The notes under the pieces were generated by a model that worked only from the letters and a program-made list of their open reading frames with translations, did not search any database and was not told where the DNA came from. From assembly GCA_965243135.1 (NCBI GenBank), contig OZ251539.1, forward strand, positions 1,024,001 to 1,088,000: DNA of 64,000 nucleotides, given 5' to 3'. Shown here one piece after another: positions 10,817-19,690 of this stretch. The DNA comes from Alphaproteobacteria bacterium. GTDB lineage: Bacteria > Pseudomonadota > Alphaproteobacteria > MPNO01 > UBA830. The stretch's first letter is position 1. Each line of letters starts with the position of its first letter. Made by a program: the position numbers and the translations under genes.

Positions 10817-12496
10817 ATGAACACAAACAACGCCAAGATAATTCTTGAAAATCTCTTGGAGCGGATTGAAAATAATCCCCAAACAGGGAGAAAGACTCTT
10901 CCTGGGATAATTTCTGATCGTGAGTATGCAGCGATTGATTTTGCCATCAATGTGCTAAGGAAAACTAGTCCTGATGAGAATTATGAAGAACACCCTATAT
11001 CGACAATAAGCGAGACCTCAACCGGTTCAACGGCCCAGCTGGAGCTACGATGCCTCGATTATATTAAGCCGGAAGACCCCAATGTTATACTCTGTATAGA
11101 TTTTGGAACCGCGATGTCAAAGGCTGTCGTGACCAAGGACGCCGATGACGAGATATTGCCTTTGCCGTTGGGGCGAAAATCTGGCGAGCCTGTTTTAGTT
11201 TTTCCTATGTCTTCCACGTTGTTTATTTCACGCACGGGTCGAATATATTTCGGATATTCGGCGATTAGAGAAAGCTTGGCGGAGGAATCAAAAGGAGGTC
11301 TATCACGCAAAGAAAGCCGATCACGCTTTGACTCTTCGAAACAACGTTTAAGTCAGGGGATGTTGGCTGATCCTTCCAGACGAAATGTTGATGAAACAAT
11401 AAATCCCACCGAGTATACCTTTACTGAGGGTGATTTGATTTTGCTAATCTTATCTTTCTTAACCGATCTTGCCTGCACAGAACTCGAAGAGAAGGGCATA
11501 TCACGATATGTTCGGAGGCGTTTTGCCATGCCATTTTGGAGCGGAGATAGAGCGGAGTGGGCGAAGTCTTATATGACAAAGCTGTTAGCAAAGGCGCAGA
11601 TAGTTGCTGATACATTTTCTGGCCAGTGGGCAAATGGTTTAGAAGCGGAAAGAGTACAACGAATATTGAACGATGTCAATAATTGCGAAAAATTTCCTGA
11701 ATACTTAATTGATAATCCGGTTTTTGAGGCAGCAGCTGCAGCAAGTAGTAGTTTTCCATATGGATCGGGAAAACGGGAATTGTATATGATAATGGATGTT
11801 GGTGCTGGAACGGTTGATTACGGATTATATGCCGTTGTCACTCCTAAGAATGACACGAAGAAGCCGAAAATATTTCAAGCTAAAGGAACCATGTTGGCAT
11901 TAAGAAAAGGGGGAGATACTATAGACGGGATTTTGAGGCTATTTATTTTGGAGAGAGAAAGAATTAACGAGAAGGATGCGGATTTTGACTATATCGACCG
12001 TGATCTGAAATTGAGGATTCGGACTCTGAAAGAAAATCTATTTCAACAAGGAGCAGTTACCTATAATCTTTCTAATGATTCCGTTGGGGAGGTTGTTCTA
12101 GAAGATTTTTTGGCGGACCGAAGAATGACTGAATTGGAACGAGTTTTTCGAGAAAGTTTCGAGAAATCTTTGATGAATGCTGAACCTTCATGGATAACAA
12201 AATTATCTCAATCTAGGCTTACGGTTGTTTTGACGGGTGGTGGTGCGCGATTGCCAATACTGACAGGTTTGAGTACCTCATCCTTTAAAGTTCACGGTGT
12301 AAATCTGCAATGTAAAGGCACAGCAGTTGTACCGGAGTGGTTTACTGAAAAATATAGCGAATGGGAGACCGAATTTCCTCAGTTGGCTGTTGCTATAGGA
12401 GGGGCGGAGGAGGATCCGCCTGATATATGCAGAGAATATGGAGAAATCGGAATATCAGATACAAAAATTGTTGGGCTTAAGCCTGAGTATAAATAG
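10817..12496 (+). CDS. Hsp70/actin-fold ATPase without recognisable substrate-binding domain
   Basis: Phosphate-1 LCIDFGTAMS, connect EAAAAA, phosphate-2 IMDVGAGTVD, GGDTID, adenosine motif VVLTGGGARLP; AT-rich. Confidence 0.85.
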   Translation: MNTNNAKIILENLLERIENNPQTGRKTLPGIISDREYAAIDFAINVLRKTSPDENYEEHPISTISETSTGSTAQLELRCLDYIKPEDPNVILCIDFGTAMSKAVVTKDADDEILPLPLGRKSGEPVLVFPMSSTLFISRTGRIYFGYSAIRESLAEESKGGLSRKESRSRFDSSKQRLSQGMLADPSRRNVDETINPTEYTFTEGDLILLILSFLTDLACTELEEKGISRYVRRRFAMPFWSGDRAEWAKSYMTKLLAKAQIVADTFSGQWANGLEAERVQRILNDVNNCEKFPEYLIDNPVFEAAAAASSSFPYGSGKRELYMIMDVGAGTVDYGLYAVVTPKNDTKKPKIFQAKGTMLALRKGGDTIDGILRLFILERERINEKDADFDYIDRDLKLRIRTLKENLFQQGAVTYNLSNDSVGEVVLEDFLADRRMTELERVFRESFEKSLMNAEPSWITKLSQSRLTVVLTGGGARLPILTGLSTSSFKVHGVNLQCKGTAVVPEWFTEKYSEWETEFPQLAVAIGGAEEDPPDICREYGEIGISDTKIVGLKPEYK

Positions 12497-12612
12497 AGCC
12501 GAGTATCATCTATTTCTCTAATTTTCATTGGGTGGGTATCAAGCAGAAGGACGGTAGGCTACAATGCCCCCTGGGGCGACGGATTTGCGGGTGCGGCTTG
12601 GAGAAGGGGCAA

Positions 12613-13605
12613 ATGCAGAACGACATTCATCTCACCATGGCGACATGGGATTACGACCATATCCGCGACATCGCGTCGGGCGCAGTCAAGCCGAAGGGCA
12701 TCAGGATCACCCACCTGGAGATGGAGGTCGAGGAGATCTTCTACCGCTTCGCAAAATCCTTCGAATGGGACGTTTCGGAGCTTTCCTTCGCGAAGTACTG
12801 CTCGATCCTGTCCCAAGACGCCCCGCCGATCACCGGCATACCCGTCTTCGTCAGCCGCGTCTTCCGCCATTCGGCGTTCTACGTCTGGAGGGGGAGCGGC
12901 GTCGAGAAACCCGAAGATCTGCGCGGCGGCCGGGTCGGGATACCGGAGTGGTCGCAGACGGCGACGGTTTACGCGCGCGGCTGGCTGCATCACCAGGCTG
13001 GCGTGAAGCTTGACGAGGTGGAGTGGGTGCAGGCGGGAGTCGACGCTCCCGGGCGGCTCGAGATGGCGACGCTCAAGCTGCCGGAAGGCGTCAAGTATAC
13101 GCAGGTTCCCGACCGGTCGCTGTCCGAAATGCTTGGCGACGGGACGATCGATTGCATGATATCGGCGCATGCGCCGCAGGCGTTCGAGACGGGAGAGATC
13201 GTGCGTCTGATTCCCGATTATCGAGACGCCGAGGAACGGTATTTCGAAGAGACCGGCATCTTTCCGATCATGCACACGATCGCCATCCGGCGAGATGCGT
13301 ACGAGAATCATCCCTGGATTGCGCGCAACCTGATGACGGCGTTCGAAGAGGCGCGCGACCGCAGCGTTGCGCGAATCACCAGCGTCACTGCGTCGCAGAT
13401 CCCCGTGCCCTGGGGCTACGAGAACGCCGGGCGCATCGGGCGGAAGGTGTTCGGCGACGGCGGGTTGTGGCCCTACGGGATCGAAGCCAACCGGACCACG
13501 ATCGAAGCGTTTCTCCAATACTGCCACGAACAGGGCGTTTGCCATCGCAGACTCGCTCCGGAAGATCTCTACGCTCCGGAAGCTCTGACGGAGTACGTGA
13601 TATGA
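12613..13605 (+). CDS. 4,5-dihydroxyphthalate decarboxylase family (solute-binding-protein-like fold)
   Basis: DYDHIRDIASGAVKPKGI, WDVSELSFAKY, PVFVSRVFRHS, GIPEWSQTA, FPIMHTIAIRR, WPYGIEANR motifs. Confidence 0.85.
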   Translation: MQNDIHLTMATWDYDHIRDIASGAVKPKGIRITHLEMEVEEIFYRFAKSFEWDVSELSFAKYCSILSQDAPPITGIPVFVSRVFRHSAFYVWRGSGVEKPEDLRGGRVGIPEWSQTATVYARGWLHHQAGVKLDEVEWVQAGVDAPGRLEMATLKLPEGVKYTQVPDRSLSEMLGDGTIDCMISAHAPQAFETGEIVRLIPDYRDAEERYFEETGIFPIMHTIAIRRDAYENHPWIARNLMTAFEEARDRSVARITSVTASQIPVPWGYENAGRIGRKVFGDGGLWPYGIEANRTTIEAFLQYCHEQGVCHRRLAPEDLYAPEALTEYVI

Positions 13606-13638
13606 AGTTCGTGACGCAGGCGAAACGGAGGTCGAGCA

Positions 13639-14175
13639 ATGCTTGGAAGAATCGGAGCGGCGCTGTTCGCCGCATTGGCGATGGGAGCGGCCCAGGCGGC
13701 CGACAAGAATGACATGCTGTATCTCGAAACGCAGCACGGCAAGGTCGTAATCGAAATGCGCCCGGATCTCGCGCCGCGCCATGTCGAGCGCATCCGGGAA
13801 CTCGTCAGGCAGAAGTTCTACGACGGATTGAAGTTTCACCGGGTGATCGACGGATTCATGGCCCAGACGGGAGATCCGAGGGGAGACGGAACGGGCGGTT
13901 CGGGGCAGAAGCTGCCTCCCGAATTCTCCTCCGAAAAGCATGTGCGCGGCGTCGTGTCGATGGCGCGGGCCGCCGATCCGGCGAGCGCGGACAGCCAGTT
14001 CTTTATCGTGCTTGCGGATGCCCCGTGGCTGGATGGACAGTACACGATCTGGGGCATGGTTACGGAAGGCATGGAGCATGTCGACCGGATCAAGAAAGGA
14101 GACAGGCAGCGCAACGGCGTGGTTCGCGATCCCGACAGCATCGTGACCTTGCGCGTGGCGGCCGATGTCGAATAG
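13639..14175 (+). CDS. Cyclophilin-type peptidyl-prolyl isomerase with signal peptide
   Basis: FYDGLKFHRVIDGFMAQTGDP, SMARA..SADSQFFI, LDGQYT. Confidence 0.95.
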   Translation: MLGRIGAALFAALAMGAAQAADKNDMLYLETQHGKVVIEMRPDLAPRHVERIRELVRQKFYDGLKFHRVIDGFMAQTGDPRGDGTGGSGQKLPPEFSSEKHVRGVVSMARAADPASADSQFFIVLADAPWLDGQYTIWGMVTEGMEHVDRIKKGDRQRNGVVRDPDSIVTLRVAADVE

Positions 14176-14734
14176 AGGGATTATTCGGAACGTTTGAATG
14201 AAGCGCGGGCTCGCTCCGCCCTGTCATCCCCCTATCAACTTCGATCCCGTTGGAACGCCTGAAGCGGCCGTTTGCCGGCTGACGCTCTTTCGTCCCGGCA
14301 TACCCGGCGCGAAAGGCCGTGCTCCGGCCGTTCGGCCGGATGTCATACGCCATCGAGAGGCCGCGGCGGCCATGGCCGGGCACGGCGCATGCACCCGGAG
14401 TGGTGTTGCAAGCCATTGCTCTATCCCGCGCTGCGTTTCCAATACGACCATGTTGGTTCCTTCGGGGAGACGTAAGCGTTCGGTCGTGGGGTGACGTTGT
14501 TGAGGTCCCTCCTCCAGTTCCGCTGCAGGGGCTTCAGCGTCCTTGACCGGGAGAGCGCGTTCTTTCCCCGGGTGCTGCCGCGGCCCTTGAGCAACTCAAG
14601 GGCGGCTTCTACGCTGCGCGACGGCGACGATTCGAACCGCGTCCGCCGACCGGACGGAGCCATGCTGAACTTACCGGCTTGGCTATGCAGTGGCACGGTC
14701 CCAAGAGATAGCTTGCTCGTAGGTAAGCAAACTT

Positions 14735-15343
14735 CTACTTCGGTCGTTCGAACGCTGCGCGCGCGCGTTCGGCGGCGGCGCGGGCGAAACATCCTTCCAA
14801 GTGACCGTTGACCATGCCCATGGCCTGCATGAACGCGTAAGCAATCGTCGGGCCGACGAACGACCAGCCGCGCTTCTTGAGTTCCTTCGACAGCGCCGTC
14901 GATTCGGAGGTTTTCGCGGGCAGGGGGCGCTGCGGCGGATGGGCGTGAGGTTCCCATTTCCAGAAGAAGGCGCCGAGCGAGCCGCATTCTTCGGCGAGAT
15001 CGCAGGCGCAGCGTGCATTGTTGATCGCGGATTCGATCTTTCCGCGATGACGCACGATGCCGGCGTCGGCCATCAGGCGTTCGATGTCGCGCGGGCCGAA
15101 GCCCGCAATCCTCGCGAAGTCGAAATCCGCGAAGGCGGTCCGGAAATTCTCGCGTTTTCGCAGGATCGTCAGCCACAAGAGGCCGGACTGGAAACCCGAG
15201 AGGCAAATTTCTTCGAACAGGCGCGCGTCGTCGGCGACGGGTACGCCCCAATCTTCGTCATGGTAAGCCCGAAGGTCTGCATGACCTTCGGCCCATCGGC
15301 ATCGCAACCTGCCATCGTCTCCACTGATCGGCCCATGAGGCAT
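14735..15343 (-). CDS. tag: DNA-3-methyladenine glycosylase I, divergent downstream copy
   Basis: RCRW..YHDEDWGVP, GIVRHRGKI, FVGPT..AFMQAMGMVNGH..C; has ICLSGFQSGLLW instead of ICLEGFQSGLSW. Confidence 0.85.
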   Translation of the reverse strand: MPHGPISGDDGRLRCRWAEGHADLRAYHDEDWGVPVADDARLFEEICLSGFQSGLLWLTILRKRENFRTAFADFDFARIAGFGPRDIERLMADAGIVRHRGKIESAINNARCACDLAEECGSLGAFFWKWEPHAHPPQRPLPAKTSESTALSKELKKRGWSFVGPTIAYAFMQAMGMVNGHLEGCFARAAAERARAAFERPK

Positions 15344-15394
15344 CGTCGTTCCATCGTCTGGGGCCCTGTGGCCCGGCGGGTCGCGGGCCGAAGA

Positions 15395-16003
15395 CTACCT
15401 CGGTCGTTCGAACGCGGCGCGCGCGCGTTCGACGGCGGCGCGGGCGAAACATCCTTCCAGGTGATCGTTGACCATGCCCATGGCCTGCATGAATGCGTAA
15501 GCGGTCGTCGGGCCGACGAACGACCAGCCGCGCTTCTTGAGTTCCTTCGACAGCGCTGTCGATTCGGGGGTTTTCGCGGGCAGGGGGCGTTGCGGCGGAT
15601 GGGCGGGAGGTTCCCATTTCCAGAAGAAGGCGCCGAGCGAGCCGCATTCTTCGGCGAGGTCGCAGGCGCGGCGTGCGTTGTTGATCGTGGATTCGATCTT
15701 TCCGCGATGACGCACGATGCCGGCGTCGGCCATCAGGCGTTCGATGTCTCGCGAACCGAAGCCCGCAATCCTCGCGAAGTCGAAATCCGCGAAAGCGGCC
15801 CGGAAATTATCGCGTTTCCGCAGGATCGTCAGCCACGAGAGGCCCGACTGAAATCCTTCGAGGCAGATTTTTTCGAACAGGCGGCGGTCATCGGCAACCG
15901 GTACGCCCCACTCTTCGTCATGGTAGGCCCGATAGTCGGCATGACCCTCGGGCCACTGGCATCGCAACTTGCCATCGTCTCCACTGATCACGCCGTGAGA
16001 CAT
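15395..16003 (-). CDS. tag: DNA-3-methyladenine glycosylase I, canonical copy
   Basis: YHDEEWGVP, FEKICLEGFQSGLSWLTIL, NDHLEGC motifs intact. Confidence 0.95.
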   Translation of the reverse strand: MSHGVISGDDGKLRCQWPEGHADYRAYHDEEWGVPVADDRRLFEKICLEGFQSGLSWLTILRKRDNFRAAFADFDFARIAGFGSRDIERLMADAGIVRHRGKIESTINNARRACDLAEECGSLGAFFWKWEPPAHPPQRPLPAKTPESTALSKELKKRGWSFVGPTTAYAFMQAMGMVNDHLEGCFARAAVERARAAFERPR

Positions 16004-16083
16004 CTTCGTTCCTTCGTCCGTGTCTTCGAGAGTTTACACGAGATCGAGTCGCTCGACGGTCTTTCGCCCAGCGCTGGTGCCGC

Positions 16084-16419
16084 TCACCCGACGGCGAGGA
16101 AGCGGGACAGCCCGTCTATCACCGCCTTGCTGTCGCGCTTCGACAGTGCGCCGACCCTGCGGCGGATCAGGTTGTCGTCGAGCGTGAAGAGTTTGAGGCG
16201 AACCTTGCAGGGAACGTTGAGGCCAGCCCGACGCCAGTCCCGAAGCGTCACGTCGCTCGGCCACTCGCTCGTGGCCGAGGTAATCATGGCAAGTATTGAT
16301 TGCTCGTGCGTCTCGTTGAAGTTCGCCGATGAAACGACCAGCGCCGGACGGCGCTTCGTCGACTGCCGATCGGTAAAAGGAAAGGGGACGACGACGATGT
16401 CGAACGGCTTAGAGGTCAC
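16084..16419 (-). CDS. mazF: PemK/MazF family toxin
   Basis: DIVVVPFPFTD..KRRPALVVS..MITS signature. Confidence 0.9.
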   Translation of the reverse strand: MTSKPFDIVVVPFPFTDRQSTKRRPALVVSSANFNETHEQSILAMITSATSEWPSDVTLRDWRRAGLNVPCKVRLKLFTLDDNLIRRRVGALSKRDSKAVIDGLSRFLAVG

Positions 16420-16633
16420 GCCACGCTTCTTCGTCTTCGGACGAGACCCACTCTCCCAGCACCTCAGAGAGACCGTGCAAGTAGTCGTCTCGCCGAGACG
16501 TCACCTTGCGTATCACCACGTGATCGCCCTCTACCTCGAAGGCGAGCGTATCTCCCTCGCGGAGATTGGCCGCCTCGCGGATGCCCTTCGGAATCGTCGT
16601 TTGTCCGCGAGCGGTGATCTTGGCGGTCTCCAT
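16409..16633 (-). CDS. mazE: AbrB/MazE family antitoxin
   Basis: AKITARGQTTIPKGIRE..GDTLAF, ends EDEEAWRDL; overlaps the toxin start. Confidence 0.9.
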   Translation of the reverse strand: METAKITARGQTTIPKGIREAANLREGDTLAFEVEGDHVVIRKVTSRRDDYLHGLSEVLGEWVSSEDEEAWRDL

Positions 16634-16748
16634 CCGTTCGAATTTCCTGATATTCTGAATAAACAGAAAATAAGATAAATTGGATCAGGATGCAATTCCT
16701 TCCCGCGCGATCCATGCTCTTGGCTGATTCGGCGGCCGGCGTTTCCTG

Positions 16749-18074
16749 ATGAACCGCGAAAGCCACCGGCGAGTCTGGCGAATCGCCGGGCCGATAATCG
16801 TTTCCAATATATCCGTACCGCTGTTGGGCGCGGTCGACACCTTCGTCATGGGGCATCTTCCGGAACCGAAATTTCTCGGCGCCGTCGCGGTCGGCGCCAT
16901 GATCTTTTCTTTTCTGTATTGGGGATTCGGTTTCCTGCGCATGGGCACGGGCGGTCTGACGGCCCAGGCGCTCGGCGCGGGCGACGGAGACGAGGTGCGG
17001 GCCTGCCTCGCGCGGGCGGCGGTCGTCGGACTCCCGGCGGCGCTGATCCTGATCCTGCTGCAGTATCCGATCGCCCTCGTCGCTTTCGCGATGGTGGAGG
17101 CCTCCGACGCGGTGGAGGAACTCGCCCGGCGGTACTTCTTCGTGCGCATATGGGGCGCTCCGGCGACGCTGATCAATTTTGCGTTGCTCGGATGGTTCAT
17201 AGGCGTGCAGCGCGCGCGTTCCGCCTTGTGGCATCAGCTCTGGCTCAACGGAGTGAATATCTTCCTCGACATTGTTTTCGTCGTGGGTTTCGGATGGGAC
17301 GTCGAAGGAGTCGCGGCGGCGACCGTCGCCGCCGAGGTCAGCGCCGTGGCGTTCGGCCTCTGGCTCGTAAGGCCGATCTTGCCGCGAGTCGGGGGCGCTT
17401 TCGTTCGGGCCCGGATTCTCGACGCCGCGCGGTTGCGGACGACGATGGCGCTCAACGCGGACATTTTCGTCAGGACGATCTGCCTCGTCTTCGCGTTCGC
17501 ATGGTTCACCGTTCAGGGCGCGAAGTTCGGCGATGCGGTGCTGGCTGCCAACGCGGTATTGCTCAACTTCCAGACGTTCATGGCGCATGCGCTCGACGGT
17601 TTCGCGCATTCGGCCGAGGCGCTGGGCGGACGCGCAGTCGGCGCTCGCGACCGGCGCGCGTTTCGCGACGCGGTATTCGCGTCGGCCTGCTGGGCGGTCG
17701 TCGTCGCCGCCGGGTTCTGCGTGGTCTACGGCGTCGCCGGCGGACTGCTGATCGATTTGTTGACGACGATCGAGGAAGTGCGCGGAACCGCTCGCGCTCA
17801 CCTCGTCTGGTCGGCCGTCATGCCGCTCGTCGCGGTATTCCCCTTTCTGTTCGACGGCGTGTTTCTCGGCGCAACGCACGGCCGCGCCATGCGGAACGCC
17901 ATGATCGTCTCGGTCGGGATCTATCTGGCCGCCTGCCAGGCGTTCGTTCCGCTCTGGGGAAACCACGGTCTGTGGGCGGCGCTTCTCGCGTTCATGGGCG
18001 CACGGGGAATCACGTTGGGCGTACGCTATGGGGCGCTCGAGAGATCCGTCGGACAACCGGCGCATCCATCCTGA
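16749..18074 (+). CDS. dinF: MATE family efflux transporter (DinF-like)
   Basis: PIIVSNISVPLLGAVDT, FLRMGTGGLTAQALGA, ALDGFAHSAE; many transmembrane segments. Confidence 0.9.
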   Translation: MNRESHRRVWRIAGPIIVSNISVPLLGAVDTFVMGHLPEPKFLGAVAVGAMIFSFLYWGFGFLRMGTGGLTAQALGAGDGDEVRACLARAAVVGLPAALILILLQYPIALVAFAMVEASDAVEELARRYFFVRIWGAPATLINFALLGWFIGVQRARSALWHQLWLNGVNIFLDIVFVVGFGWDVEGVAAATVAAEVSAVAFGLWLVRPILPRVGGAFVRARILDAARLRTTMALNADIFVRTICLVFAFAWFTVQGAKFGDAVLAANAVLLNFQTFMAHALDGFAHSAEALGGRAVGARDRRAFRDAVFASACWAVVVAAGFCVVYGVAGGLLIDLLTTIEEVRGTARAHLVWSAVMPLVAVFPFLFDGVFLGATHGRAMRNAMIVSVGIYLAACQAFVPLWGNHGLWAALLAFMGARGITLGVRYGALERSVGQPAHPS

Positions 18075-18162
18075 ACGGCTCCCGGCCGTGGGCCTCGAAG
18101 CGCGGAATTCCAATTCCCGGTGCGATGCTCTACCATTCGCCCGCCTTACGGGAGGGAAGCGC

Positions 18163-18834
18163 ATGATCGACGGTCCACACGATGCGGCAGATGTCGCGGT
18201 CTACGCGAAACAGGGTTTCGGCAACCGAATTGGCTTCGGCAGGTCGCCCGCGCTGTTGATCATCGATTTCATCAACGGCTTCAACGATCCCGATCAGTTC
18301 GGCGGCGGCAGCATCCAGGAAGCCATCGACAGAACCGCCGAACTGCTCGGCGTCGCGCGTCACATGGATCTGCCCGTCGTCTACACGGCCCACGTCTACG
18401 CCGAAGACGGCAGCGAGGACGGTATCTTCAACCTTAAATCGCCCGGGCTGGCGAAACTGAAACGCGGGTCTCGCGAGGTTCAGGTGGTGGACGAACTCGA
18501 ACCGCGCGCCGGCGAGCGCGTTCTCGAAAAACATTATCCGTCCGGTTTTTGCAACACCGACCTTGGAGCCTGGCTTGCACGGCGGGGGGTCGATACCGCG
18601 ATCGTCACCGGCTGCACGACTTCGGGCTGCGTGCGCGCGACAGTGGTCGATGCGATGTCGAACGGTTTCCGGCCGATCGTGCCGCGGGAATGCTCTGGAG
18701 ATCGGGCAACGGGACCGCACGAAGCCAACCTGTTCGACATCGACCAGAAATACGGAGATGTCATGCCGCTCGAAGAGGTCATGAGGGAACTCGAGGAACT
18801 TGCGCCCGGACAGGCGGGGAGGGCGTCGTCATGA
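18163..18834 (+). CDS. Isochorismatase-family cysteine hydrolase (maleamate/N-carbamoylsarcosine amidohydrolase-like)
   Basis: PALLIIDF, EKHYPSGF, TGCTTSGCVRATVVDA, HEANLFDIDQKYGDV. Confidence 0.85.
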   Translation: MIDGPHDAADVAVYAKQGFGNRIGFGRSPALLIIDFINGFNDPDQFGGGSIQEAIDRTAELLGVARHMDLPVVYTAHVYAEDGSEDGIFNLKSPGLAKLKRGSREVQVVDELEPRAGERVLEKHYPSGFCNTDLGAWLARRGVDTAIVTGCTTSGCVRATVVDAMSNGFRPIVPRECSGDRATGPHEANLFDIDQKYGDVMPLEEVMRELEELAPGQAGRASS

Positions 18835-19634
18835 CCGATTCGCTCGGATATCGCGCCAACTGGGGCGTCATCATCCCGTCGACCAATACCTCCGTGCAGC
18901 CCGAGTTCGACGACATGCGGCCGCGCGGCGTGACCAATCATACCGTCCGCATCTGGATCCCCGACGACCCGGTGAATTCCGACGAGGAATTCAACGCCCT
19001 CATGGACAACATCCGCAAGGAGTTCGACAACGCCATCCTGCGCGTAATGACCTGCAACCCGGACTACATCGTCATGGGCATGTCGGCGGAAACGTTCTGG
19101 GACGGCCTCTCCAAGTCCATCGAATTGCGGGAGCGGGTCAAGGAACTGTCGGGACGCGGGGTGGCCATGGGCTCCGACGCCTGCCAGGCCGCGCTGCGTT
19201 GCTACGGCGACATTCGAAGGATCTGCGTCCTGACGCCGTACTGGCCGGTCGGCGACAAGAACGTGCAAAAGTTCTTCGAGGATTGCGGGTTCGAGGTGCT
19301 TGCGATCAAGGGGTTCAAATGCGACAGCCCGGCAAACATTGCGCAGGTGACGGAGGACGAGCTTCGCCGCGGGCTGATCGAGTTGAACGGCCACGACCCC
19401 GAAGCGATCATCCAGGTCGGAACGAATCTCGCCATGGCGCGGCTTGCGGGCGAGGCGGAGAAATGGCTCGAGAAGCCGGTGTTGGCCATCAACACGGCCA
19501 CTTACTGGTATGCGATGCGGGCGAACGGTTACGACGACATCGTCGAGGGGTTCGGTTCGTTGATGACGGATTTCCGGGAGTTGCCGGAGAGCTACCTCGG
19601 TACCGACGCGGGCCGGAACGCTCTGGCGGCCTGA
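18831..19634 (+). CDS. Maleate isomerase/arylmalonate decarboxylase family protein
   Basis: GVIIPSTNTSVQPEF, VLTPY, QVGTNL, PVLAINTA; ATGA-coupled to the upstream gene. Confidence 0.85.
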   Translation: MTDSLGYRANWGVIIPSTNTSVQPEFDDMRPRGVTNHTVRIWIPDDPVNSDEEFNALMDNIRKEFDNAILRVMTCNPDYIVMGMSAETFWDGLSKSIELRERVKELSGRGVAMGSDACQAALRCYGDIRRICVLTPYWPVGDKNVQKFFEDCGFEVLAIKGFKCDSPANIAQVTEDELRRGLIELNGHDPEAIIQVGTNLAMARLAGEAEKWLEKPVLAINTATYWYAMRANGYDDIVEGFGSLMTDFRELPESYLGTDAGRNALAA

Positions 19635-19690
19635 TGCGACGTCCGGCGACCGCGACGGCATGTTGCCGGCTGGCGTAGGGAAGAGAGGCG

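Noticed and set aside
10817-12496. Annotation as dnaK, hscA or mreB
   Set aside because: No substrate-binding domain, highly divergent, foreign base composition and no dnaJ or mreCD context.
14180-14734. Possible ncRNA or ParE remnant (hairpin 14583-14603; minus-strand ADAVRIVAVAQRRSRP)
   Set aside because: No recognisable RNA family motif and the peptide similarity is too short to support a call.
14735-16003. DGR template/variable repeat pair (also considered for 4984-6417)
   Set aside because: No reverse transcriptase in the window, and the differences are not confined to adenines.
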